Shown here piece after piece: positions 10,646 through 18,972 of a DNA stretch of 64,000 nt. The notes beneath the pieces were generated by a model. That model ran no database searches. It was given only the letters and a program-made list of their open reading frames with translations, and was not told the DNA's origin. The position numbers and the translations under genes are program-made. Each line of letters starts with the position of its first letter. The stretch's first letter is position 1. The stretch comes from an uncultured candidate division Zixibacteria bacterium (GTDB taxonomy: Bacteria > Zixibacteria > MSB-5A5 > GN15 > FEB-12), in contig OY760907.1 of the NCBI GenBank assembly GCA_963664195.1, forward strand, positions 1,792,001 to 1,856,000, read 5' to 3'.

Positions 10646-11003
10646 CGATCAAGAGATCGACGGTTACGGTTGATCCCGACGAGCTGTCTCGGGCGATCTT
10701 GAAACTGTGCGAGGTCTCCTGTCCGACAATGAAGGCCGGTTGGCTGTTGTGCGGACGAAGAATCACGCGGGGGGATTTGATTTCCTCGGGAAGACGATTC
10801 CCCCGGTGGTCGATGAGGCCTGTAAACGCTACCTCCTGATCCGCCTCGCCCAAATGACAGCGGTCAAAGTAGATAGACAGGGCACCGTCGATCATCTCGA
10901 CTGCCAGATAGTCGTGCTCACCCGAGGGGGGCAGACCCCAGACCTCAAGGTCGGGTACGAACCAGACTCTTTTGGCGGTCACTCTTTCTAATCCTGATAT
11001 CAT
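10629..11003 (-). CDS. hypothetical protein in capsid cluster
   Basis: AAGGAG RBS; tightly packed in the operon. Confidence 0.6.
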   Translation of the reverse strand: MISGLERVTAKRVWFVPDLEVWGLPPSGEHDYLAVEMIDGALSIYFDRCHLGEADQEVAFTGLIDHRGNRLPEEIKSPRVILRPHNSQPAFIVGQETSHSFKIARDSSSGSTVTVDLLIVEMGD

Positions 11004-11014
11004 GTTGTTCTCCT

Positions 11015-11827
11015 TCAGGTTCGCTTCGGCGGTCTGAGACTGGTTTTGGGTGGATGGAAAGCACGGAGGATTTGCTCGTATTGCGAGCGATAGCTGTCGG
11101 CCAGTTTCAACCAGGCGAGAGCAGGCCGATCCTCGCCGCGCAGTCTGCCAAGTTCTCTACCGGCAGCGGCGCTGCAGACGATCTCCAGGGCCCGGAAGGT
11201 GGCAGCGGTTTCGAGGGCGGATTCGGATTCGTAGCGACGTTGTGGGTCGACCTCGTTTTCGATCATCCCGTTGGCCAGCGTCACGGCGTTGTCCACGAGG
11301 TCATCTTCGAGACTCAGAAATGCGGGATCGTAATCGAGGTACACGGTTTCGTGTTCGGTGATGTTGCCGCCGGACAGCCGTCGTATCTCGCCGCGCTGGG
11401 GACGGAGTTGGTAATCCTCGCCAGGTACGTAGATGGTGTACGGAATGAACCAGGCGGTTACAATTGATCTCTCAGTCATGGCGCTTTCGGTTTTTAGCGT
11501 GAGCGTTCCTTCGGCATAGTCTATCACGTAATCACGTGACTCGGTGTAGATAGTGCCGAGTGAACTGTCGGAGGCGACCACCACGGATCCGGGGACGAGC
11601 GGTGATGATGGGAGGGCGGTCACCCCCGAACCGGTAGAGATTTCGATCCGAGACGGGTTTGTCGCTTGAATCGATTTCACGCGCACGGAGGATTCGTCAA
11701 TCGCACCACCGTAGAAGCGGGCGAAATCTCCGGATGTCAGGGCTATTCGCTGGTCGCAGACTCTGTCCTGAATCGGGAGAGGTGACGCGAGGAATCTTCG
11801 AATCTGATCTGCATTTGTGTAGGACAC
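11015..11827 (-). CDS. putative head-completion/adaptor protein with two inserted Ig-like repeats
   Basis: N-terminal MSYTNADQIRRFL and C-terminal helical 'DNAVTLANGMIENEV...LETAATFRALEIV' resemble head-tail adaptors; internal 'DYVIDYAEGTLT' and 'DYQLRPQRGEIRR' repeats. Confidence 0.5.
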   Translation of the reverse strand: MSYTNADQIRRFLASPLPIQDRVCDQRIALTSGDFARFYGGAIDESSVRVKSIQATNPSRIEISTGSGVTALPSSPLVPGSVVVASDSSLGTIYTESRDYVIDYAEGTLTLKTESAMTERSIVTAWFIPYTIYVPGEDYQLRPQRGEIRRLSGGNITEHETVYLDYDPAFLSLEDDLVDNAVTLANGMIENEVDPQRRYESESALETAATFRALEIVCSAAAGRELGRLRGEDRPALAWLKLADSYRSQYEQILRAFHPPKTSLRPPKRT

Positions 11828-11830
11828 GGG

Positions 11831-13243
11831 TTACCTCCTGAAAGTGATTGGGCTGATTCTGGAGGCAGCGACAGTCTGGGTGCCCACCGGTCCGGTGGCG
11901 AAGGTCGAGTCTACGGCGACGCGAATCCACAAGCGTGACTGTCCTTCGATAGTTGTGCGCTGCCAATCATCGGGGATGGAGCCGTAATCCTGCCAGAAAA
12001 GCATGTCGGCCGAAGCGAGACTGAAGTCGTAGCTGCCGTTGGCCGGGGTGAATGCTTTCCAGTTGGCTCCGTCCCAGTAGCTGAAGGAGACCGTGCCGCC
12101 TGAACCGGGCGTGGACAGTTCCATCCGGGCGTACCTGAATCGCGCGTCCAATCCGAGGAAGAGCGCGTCTCCGGGATTCTGGAACAGACAGCCGGAGACT
12201 GAGTGGTAGAAGTCGGCCGCCTCTGCGGTTTCTGCCTGAGCGGTTAGGTCTTCGGTCGTGCCCGAGGAGGCGTCGTGTAGCAGGACCGAGTCGAACACGG
12301 CAGAGCGAATGTCTATCACCTGCGGAGTGGAGAAGCTGCCGGACTTGCGGTCGGTGTACATCCGGCACAAGCGATTACCGGCTTCGGGAGCGAGATAGAC
12401 GATGGTAGGAACGTTTCCGGAGTAGCTTAGTTGGGGGGACATCGTCTGTCTGCTGTCGAGTGTCATCGCGTTATCCCAACTGTTGTTGGATAATTCGCGG
12501 AAGTGCAGGCCGTTCTGTGCGAAGGCAACTCCGATGACGCCGGTTCCGGTGACGGCACAGTCGAAATCGGCTGTGAACCCTGTGCCTGCAGCTACTGCGC
12601 AGGCAGTAGACCAACTGCCACCGGACAGGAGACGGGAGCGGAAGAACAGTCCGGAATCCTGACTTGAATAGAAAACATGAATCGAGTCACTATCTGCGAC
12701 CAGCCGTGACCAGACGAACATGGCGCCCGAGTACACTTGGTCTCCGTCATCGGACGGTCCCGCGCCCCAGGTGAGGCCGTCGTCGGCGGAGGACTTGACG
12801 TGGATTCGTCGGAGGGGGGCTTCGTATCGTGACCAACTGATCCAGAGGGTGCCGGTGTCGTCGATCGCCAGGGATGGATCAAAGCAGGATGTCTGGTTGT
12901 TGATTACCACAGCGTCGCCGACCGTCCAGACGCCGGCAGCGTATGAGAGCTTGCGGCAGAGAAGATAGTGGGTGGATAGCTGGCTGTAGACAATGTAGAG
13001 ATCGCCTCCGGCATTTATCCGACAGTCGAAGCTGTAATCGGCGGCATCAGACACGACTGTCACCGGCTCCGACCAGCAGGACCGGGGGGCGTCGGAATGC
13101 AGGAGCTGGATTTCGGTCGGCGATGTCTGGACCAGCGCTACGAGTCTTCCGGAGTATGATCCCGAGGACAGTTCAAACAGCTTCTTTTGAACGGGATTAC
13201 CCAGCGGCAAAGAAGCCGAGCTGTCAGCGATTTTCTTGTGCAT
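11831..13243 (-). CDS. BNR/Asp-box beta-propeller protein with C-terminal beta-sandwich (putative particle appendage)
   Basis: SSADDGLTW Asp-box; repeated xxW propeller blades; C-terminal 'SYWDGANW...LWIRV'; GAGG RBS. Confidence 0.6.
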   Translation of the reverse strand: MHKKIADSSASLPLGNPVQKKLFELSSGSYSGRLVALVQTSPTEIQLLHSDAPRSCWSEPVTVVSDAADYSFDCRINAGGDLYIVYSQLSTHYLLCRKLSYAAGVWTVGDAVVINNQTSCFDPSLAIDDTGTLWISWSRYEAPLRRIHVKSSADDGLTWGAGPSDDGDQVYSGAMFVWSRLVADSDSIHVFYSSQDSGLFFRSRLLSGGSWSTACAVAAGTGFTADFDCAVTGTGVIGVAFAQNGLHFRELSNNSWDNAMTLDSRQTMSPQLSYSGNVPTIVYLAPEAGNRLCRMYTDRKSGSFSTPQVIDIRSAVFDSVLLHDASSGTTEDLTAQAETAEAADFYHSVSGCLFQNPGDALFLGLDARFRYARMELSTPGSGGTVSFSYWDGANWKAFTPANGSYDFSLASADMLFWQDYGSIPDDWQRTTIEGQSRLWIRVAVDSTFATGPVGTQTVAASRISPITFRR

Positions 13244-13254
13244 ATTTCCTCACA

Positions 13255-13292
13255 AAAGGAGACGGACCCGCGATCGAAGGTCGCGAGTCCGC
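13255..13292 (-). terminator. hairpin terminator/attenuator directly after the capsid gene
   Basis: Minus strand CGGACTCGCGA..TCGCGGGTCCG followed by TCTCCTTTTG. Confidence 0.55.
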
Positions 13293-13299
13293 GTGTGAA

Positions 13300-14403
13300 T
13301 TACGAGTGTACGGTGTCGAGAATGACTGCGGCGTCTTTGATCACTTTGGCGTACGTGACCGATTAGGAGATGACCGCTTCCTCAAACCGCTGTTCGATGA
13401 TCTTGTCATATTCGATCATCAGCGGCTGGGTGATGACTTCCTCGACTGCAAACCGCGTATCAAGGCCGATGACGTAGTCGGTCGGTACCGAGTCGGAACG
13501 GACGAGAGTCGCGCCGAGCGGACTGAACAACTCGCCCGATTTCTGGAACCGGTACCCGGCCAGGGGATCCTTGAACTCGTCGAGAGTGAGAATAGTCTTG
13601 AGCGTGTTGATGTGGCAGATGATACTGTTCATCTCGAAGGGGGCGAAGGAGGCCCAGAGGGTGATGAGATCGTCGTAGTCAAGAGTGCCCGAGGCAGCGC
13701 TGTTGATGACGGTGGCGCCGTTTGAGTTGCCGTCGCCGTTGATGATCGTATCAACGAGCATGCCGATCTTGTCGGTCTGCATCATGAATCCGATGTACCA
13801 CAGGACCACGCGGAACTGCGAGGTGCTCCGGTAGCGAAGGGCTTTGTAGGAGGTCTTGAGCGCGAGGCCGTAGTCCTTGACGTTGACTGCGTGATTTTGC
13901 TCGTTGACGAGCAATTGCGGTATTTCGGCTCCGTCGCCGATGGGGCGCATCGAGAAGCGGCTTTCATCCGAGGTGTCGATAAAAAACGGTGTGTACCGAT
14001 TGCTCGAAACTGCGGTAGTGTTTGCGATCAATTTCGACAGTTCGGGGCGCATCTGCTGGCCCTTTTTGATCTCTCGCAGCATGAACTCCGGCATCAGCGA
14101 TGAGGCTTTCTGGAAAAACTGTTCTACGGTGGTCGGGTTCTTGCCGCCAAGTTGGACGCCGGCCATGACAAGCTGGCGCTCGAAGGCGTCCAGGGGAGAA
14201 CCCTGCATGCTGGGATCAAACTCATCGCATTCCAGGAGCTCCGAGAGTGAGAGGCCACGGGCGTCGGCCTCGAGGTACAGTTCGCGATTGACCGTAACAT
14301 CGGCGGTTCGACTGAGGTTGATTTTGCCGAGACCGGACTGTCGGTCGTTTTCGGCGCTTATCGCAGAGGCACCGGCCGTATTGAGGAAGTTGTTGAAATC
14401 CAT
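13300..14403 (-). CDS. HK97-fold phage major capsid protein with an in-frame TAA at 13363-13365 (nonsense mutation or sequencing error)
   Basis: AAAGGA RBS before MDFNN; 'LDAFERQL...VEQFF...MPEF', 'IGDGAEIPQ', 'VKDYGLALKTSYKAL', 'LIMEYDKIIEQR'-like region; position after protease and decoration genes. The frame continues 'SVTYAKVIKDAAVILDTVHS*' after the TAA. Confidence 0.8.
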
Positions 14404-14416
14404 TTGTCGTTCCTTT

Positions 14417-14839
14417 CTAGTTGAGAAGAAGCACACAGTCAGTGGTTCCGTTGACTGCCAGTACGGTGCCACGGGCAATGTTGCCGCCGACCGGGTCATC
14501 GCCGGTCAGGACCGGGGCTTGACGGATCGTGCCGGCACTGCCGCCGACCACGCGATTGCCGACCGAGGGGATAGTGGCCGAGACGGCGAGCCGGCAGATG
14601 CCGCCGACTTGCACCGTGGCGAGGCGGTCACCGTTGTCATTGTCGGACAGGGTGAGGCTGATCAGTTTCCCGAGCAGTTGATCGCCGCTCCCGATCGGGC
14701 CGATTTCGTTGTCGTCGGTGAGGGTGACCGGTTCTCCGAGATTGGCGTCCTTGAGGTCGTCAACGCCGGTTGTCTGGTGAATGCCGAAAGTGGCCAACAC
14801 CGGGGCAATCGTATCGAGTTTCTGTTCTCTTATGGACAT
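14417..14839 (-). CDS. capsid decoration/cement protein (DUF2190-like)
   Basis: Small Gly-rich beta protein ('ATVQVGGI...VGNRVVGGSAGTI') immediately upstream of the capsid gene; AAAGGA RBS. Confidence 0.6.
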   Translation of the reverse strand: MSIREQKLDTIAPVLATFGIHQTTGVDDLKDANLGEPVTLTDDNEIGPIGSGDQLLGKLISLTLSDNDNGDRLATVQVGGICRLAVSATIPSVGNRVVGGSAGTIRQAPVLTGDDPVGGNIARGTVLAVNGTTDCVLLLN

Positions 14840-14927
14840 AGCGTTTTCCTTTGTTCTGAGTCTGGTGAATCTTCGTCAGGGGAACGTGCCCCACTTCCTG
14901 CTAAAGAGGGAGTCTGACTCCCACGGG

Positions 14928-15296
14928 TCATTTGCTGTTGACGTGGGTGGTGAGCGGAAAGGTGTCCCGGAACCGTGCCGCAACACGGCGGTACTCATGG
15001 AGCAAAGCAGTCGCGTCGAGTTCCGGTAGCGTTTCGACGAACGCCAGGGCGTCCTTCCAGTGGTGGCGATTGCGTGTGATCGCGGCCATTGCCTTGACCA
15101 TGCCGCCGATGCGCAACTGGTAGTCCTGTCGGAGCATCGCGAGGTCGGTTTTGATCCGGGAGTGAGACTGCAGTTGGGAAGTGGTCTGTTTGAGGCATGT
15201 CTTGATCTGATCGAAATCGACCAGTGAGAGCGAGCTTTCGTTCAGATGCAAGAGGGCGTCGTGCAGCGTGTCGATGTGCGTGTTACTGTTTTCCAA
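14928..15296 (-). CDS. helical protein, putative scaffold
   Basis: Coiled-coil-like 122-aa ORF between protease and decoration/capsid genes; AGGAG RBS; TTG start. Confidence 0.5.
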   Translation of the reverse strand: MENSNTHIDTLHDALLHLNESSLSLVDFDQIKTCLKQTTSQLQSHSRIKTDLAMLRQDYQLRIGGMVKAMAAITRNRHHWKDALAFVETLPELDATALLHEYRRVAARFRDTFPLTTHVNSK

Positions 15297-15594
15297 CCTG
15301 TTCTCCTGATTTTTCGATTAGGTATTCTTCTATGCGGATCAGCCGGGCCTCGACATCGGAGGAAAACCGGTAAAACTGTTCTTTGCCGATCACGCCTTCT
15401 TTGAGGAAGACCTCGAAACTGGCCAGTTTCTTGTCGAGCGCGTCGACTACGCCGCTCTCCGCCTTGGCGGCCAGTTCGATTTTGAGCGATTGGATCGTCA
15501 TGAAGTAGGCTGCGGCGACGCCCATGATGACTACGATGAAATGGAGCAGTTGGGCGTTGAGATGAATCGGGAGACTTTTTCTGTTCTCAGACAC
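15283..15594 (-). CDS. single-TM coiled-coil protein (holin-like or membrane anchor)
   Basis: TM segment LLHFIVVIMGVAAAYFMTI then amphipathic helix; GGAGG RBS; overlaps both neighbours. Confidence 0.6.
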   Translation of the reverse strand: MSENRKSLPIHLNAQLLHFIVVIMGVAAAYFMTIQSLKIELAAKAESGVVDALDKKLASFEVFLKEGVIGKEQFYRFSSDVEARLIRIEEYLIEKSGEQVGKQ

Positions 15595-17023
15595 GGGTTA
15601 CCTCCCCTGGAAGTTTGCGCAAGACGAACACGGATTCTCCTTTCAATCGCGCCGGACGAATACTGCACTCGTGCGGTTTGCAGAGGTTACTGGCCGACAC
15701 GTTGGCTGATTGGGACTCAGCAATTTCGCGAGCGATGAATAGTCTATTTTCCTCCCAGCGGCTTTGATCGAACGCCGTGACACGCAAGCGTCTGGTCAGG
15801 GCGTCGGTTGTAACCGACAGGAAAGCGTCGGTCGAGCCGTCGATTGTGGAGAGCCCCACGCCGTCCTGTGGACACCCATCGATCAGGTCAGGATGACAGT
15901 AGTAGGTGTCCGTGCGGCCGGGGACGTCGACATCGGACCGGATATTCACTCCGAGGCGGGTCGTGATCTCAGACGCCTTCCGTGGAATGTCAGGGAGTGA
16001 GGCACGGCGGTACGGGATGGTGCGGATATCGAATCGTGATCGTTCGCGCGGTTGGGTGATGTCGGCGTGGTCGGGGTGCGGGTGCAGGTGCAGCACCAGG
16101 CGGGTTACATTGCTTGATTCGCCATTGACGTACTGTGTGACCTGCTTTCGACTGCAACGTTCCTTGCCGCGACATCCGACCAAAACGGCTAGCTCCGATT
16201 CGTTCGCGCCGAGCGTTTCCGGAAGTAACGAAGGCGTGTGGGGAAGTGCCAACGGTCGCCCGGATGAATCATGCAAAATCAGCTTGCCGCTTTCAGCGCG
16301 GGCCGTGACGGGGATGCCTTCGTAGCGAGGGGTAATGATGTATTGTGCGTGAGGGTCAAGCTGGCCGAGATCGGTCAGTTTCTTTGTCCTGATACCCGGA
16401 GAGCCGACCGGGGCATCATGTTGTTTGGACATGGTAGTACCGGGGTTGGCGCCGCGATACACCAGCGAAGTTTCCAGCACACGCTCGATACGTCGGTAGT
16501 TGAAATGGCACGTGTCCTCGGCACCGTCGCGGTCGTACGTGCCGAACGGTTCATGTTCACAGAGACGGATGTCTTGGCCGCAGATGGAGCATTCCGGCAG
16601 CGAAAACGTGAATGCGATCGAGCACTCTTTGTATATCCCGCCATCGATGTTTTTCAGCAGGTCTTCGGCGTTGTCTGCGGACCGGAGCCAGTAGAAGTAG
16701 CTTTTGACCCAGTGTTGCTCGTGGCGTCTGACGGTTTCTGCGTGGAAGGTGCGGGCAATCGGCAGTTTGTCTTTGCGATGGCCGACGAGGACCGGCGAAT
16801 CGACCAACAGTTCGACGAGGTGCTGGTGTTCACCGGCAGGGAATCGTCCGCCGAAAGAGTTGACCCGGTCCGATACGATGAACATTGCGCGAACATAGAC
16901 ATCATCGAGTGTCAGGTCCTCCGGCGGTTGGACTTGACTGTTGATTCGGTCGATCAGGCCCGATTCGGGGATCTCGGTGGGTTCGGCGAGACTGGCGACA
17001 ATTCGTCCCAGGCTTTTGGTCAT
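15587..17023 (-). CDS. phage prohead protease with Cys/His (Zn-binding) insertion, fused to a C-terminal degenerate ATP-dependent-ligase-like region
   Basis: AGGAGG RBS, ATG at 17023; 'PVLVGH', 'IDGGIYKECSIAF', CSICG...CEH...C and 'ETSLVYRGA' match HK97-type protease layout; about 280 extra C-terminal aa starting 'YIITPRYEGIPV'. Confidence 0.7.
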   Translation of the reverse strand: MTKSLGRIVASLAEPTEIPESGLIDRINSQVQPPEDLTLDDVYVRAMFIVSDRVNSFGGRFPAGEHQHLVELLVDSPVLVGHRKDKLPIARTFHAETVRRHEQHWVKSYFYWLRSADNAEDLLKNIDGGIYKECSIAFTFSLPECSICGQDIRLCEHEPFGTYDRDGAEDTCHFNYRRIERVLETSLVYRGANPGTTMSKQHDAPVGSPGIRTKKLTDLGQLDPHAQYIITPRYEGIPVTARAESGKLILHDSSGRPLALPHTPSLLPETLGANESELAVLVGCRGKERCSRKQVTQYVNGESSNVTRLVLHLHPHPDHADITQPRERSRFDIRTIPYRRASLPDIPRKASEITTRLGVNIRSDVDVPGRTDTYYCHPDLIDGCPQDGVGLSTIDGSTDAFLSVTTDALTRRLRVTAFDQSRWEENRLFIAREIAESQSANVSASNLCKPHECSIRPARLKGESVFVLRKLPGEVTRV

Positions 17024-17206
17024 GTTTTCCTCCTGAGTATGTAATAATCTGCGCGAATTCGGGATTACCGGCAGTTTCGAGGTGATTTTGCGCAAAAGAG
17101 TTCGCTTTTTCGTGGGCCGGGGAGTGTGGGGAATGCCCCACAACCAAAATCGCATCTCATCCAAGCACAGGCGATTAGGGGAGAATCAAAACTACGGAGG
17201 AATAGA

Positions 17207-17222
17207 GGGCATGGACTTTGCT
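17207..17222 (+). promoter_or_regulatory. sigma54 (-24/-12) promoter of the PEP-CTERM gene
   Basis: GGGCATGGACTTTGCT: GG-N10-GC spacing, about 50 nt upstream of the ATG. Confidence 0.65.
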
Positions 17223-17271
17223 TTGACTCTGCCTGAACGATGACCGGGAAGGTCAACAAAGGAGAGAACTG

Positions 17272-17556
17272 ATGACTTACTATAGACGCGAAGCAAGAGG
17301 AACAGCAAAGTGGCTGGTGGCCATGATCCTTTTTATCCTCGTTATGAGCGTCACCTGGACTGATGTGTACGGTGTCGGTCACGCAGATGGCACTGCCAGG
17401 AGCACTGCGACTTTCGACAACGCAACCGCCGACAATGGCACCGATGCGGGTACGCAGCCTCCCCGGGCCGTTCCTGAACCCGCCACTCTGATTCTGCTCG
17501 GCAGCGGCCTCAGTGCCCTGTATATCGCGCGACGCAGGCGCAACTCGCAGAAGTAG
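17272..17556 (+). CDS. small PEP-CTERM sorting domain protein
   Basis: Signal peptide; C-terminal VPEPATLILLGSGLSALYIARRRR; AAGGAG RBS. Confidence 0.9.
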   Translation: MTYYRREARGTAKWLVAMILFILVMSVTWTDVYGVGHADGTARSTATFDNATADNGTDAGTQPPRAVPEPATLILLGSGLSALYIARRRRNSQK

Positions 17557-17586
17557 AACATACTATAGAGAATCCTCCCTCTCTAC

Positions 17587-17633
17587 GGGCGCTGTTTGAG
17601 ACCCTCCCCTCAGGCGGCGCCCACTATTTTTTC
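17587..17633 (+). terminator. putative terminator after the PEP-CTERM gene
   Basis: GGGCGCTGTTTGAG...CTCAGGCGGCGCCC followed by ACTATTTTTT. Confidence 0.5.
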
Positions 17634-17637
17634 AGCC

Positions 17638-18972
17638 TCACACATACTCCACTCTGGCGCCGATTATGGGGGCGCTTCGTTTGCGCAAGGGCCATAGCGC
17701 CAATGCAAGAGCCATCAGGGCGTCGCAGCGATTGTTGTCGTCCCAGCGGGCCTGCCTCAGTTCATCTTCGAGGGACCAGATGCGCCCCGGTCCGTCAGGC
17801 AACTCCCACCGTCCGTAAGCGATTCGTCCTCTGGCGTGAAACAGTTCGACATTTGACAACAACCCGGCTTTGGTCGATTCGGTAAACACGACTTCCTCCG
17901 GGTTGTAGTCTCGCAACTGCTCGACCACGACATCTCCAAGCCCGGTGGCATCAACTACCAGCCGTCCGGGGTACTGACGCTGCCGTTCCCTGATCTTCTC
18001 GATCACCACAACCCAGTCGAATCGTTTGAAGCGCTCAAGCGCGATGACCCGCGCTGTGCCGTTGACTACTTCGATTGTGACGCCCACGGTGGCAGTTTGT
18101 TTGCGTGCCAGGTCCCATCCGGACACCAGGCATCTGTCGTGGACCCCGGACGGTTCCGGAATCTGCGCGTTACGGGCAAGGGCCGCATCGACGTACGCCC
18201 CCGGAATGACTTCACCACCGGAGTCGACGAACTCCCCCATAATGTTTTGCTTCAGGCGACTTTCAGTGAAGTACTTGACGCGCTCGTCAAGGTAATCGCG
18301 GGAGATGTTTGGATTCTCACGCGAATCGCCTGACTGGAAGTAGCCGATTCGTCTCTGGTCGGCGATCTCTCTGGCGCGTCGGAAAAACCAGTTTTTTCCG
18401 TTCGGAGTTGAGACCAGATCGAGGCGTCCCTCGCGATCGGCCAGTCGCATGAGGATTACCTCTTCGACCACGTACTCCGGGGCCGGTTCGAACGCGACCT
18501 CGTCGAATATAAAGAGATCGTAGTCGTTGCCAAGCAGGTGTTCGCCGCGGTTCTGGGTGGTGCGGGCTTCGATTGTGGAATCGTTGCCGAAAGCCAGTTT
18601 GGGGTGGGGTGTCCAGGTGAGGGTGTCGATTAGCTCGGACAGCACGTCGGACTCGCGAACCAGACGAACCACTTGATGAAATACGAGGTTGGCCTGATCC
18701 TGAGTGATTGATGCGACCACAGCGCGATACCGTCCGCACCGGTCATATTGCAGGTCGCGCGGCTGATAGACTGCGTGATAGAGCAGCTTGACGGCCGTGA
18801 CAAACGACTTGCCCCAGCGGTTGCCGGTGACAAGGACGTTTTCCCTGGCGGTTGATACGGCGAGCCATCGTTTCTGACCGGGATGGAGTTCGACACCCAG
18901 AAAATCGCGGGCAAAAGCGGCCGGGTCTTGAAGACCTCTCCTCCAGTTGTCGTATGTTGGCTGTTTAATCAC
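17638..18972 (-). CDS. phage terminase large subunit (terminase_6-like)
   Basis: Q motif HPGQ, Walker A TGNRWGKS, Walker B LFIFDEVAF, coupling motif VSTPNGKNWF, nuclease acidic residues GWDLAR, VVDATGLG, CDALMAL. Confidence 0.9.
   Translation of the reverse strand: MIKQPTYDNWRRGLQDPAAFARDFLGVELHPGQKRWLAVSTARENVLVTGNRWGKSFVTAVKLLYHAVYQPRDLQYDRCGRYRAVVASITQDQANLVFHQVVRLVRESDVLSELIDTLTWTPHPKLAFGNDSTIEARTTQNRGEHLLGNDYDLFIFDEVAFEPAPEYVVEEVILMRLADREGRLDLVSTPNGKNWFFRRAREIADQRRIGYFQSGDSRENPNISRDYLDERVKYFTESRLKQNIMGEFVDSGGEVIPGAYVDAALARNAQIPEPSGVHDRCLVSGWDLARKQTATVGVTIEVVNGTARVIALERFKRFDWVVVIEKIRERQRQYPGRLVVDATGLGDVVVEQLRDYNPEEVVFTESTKAGLLSNVELFHARGRIAYGRWELPDGPGRIWSLEDELRQARWDDNNRCDALMALALALWPLRKRSAPIIGARVEYV

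Noticed and set aside
13300..14403. Classical encapsulin nanocompartment
   Set aside because: Encapsulin operons lack portal and terminase; both are present here, which points to nucleic-acid packaging.
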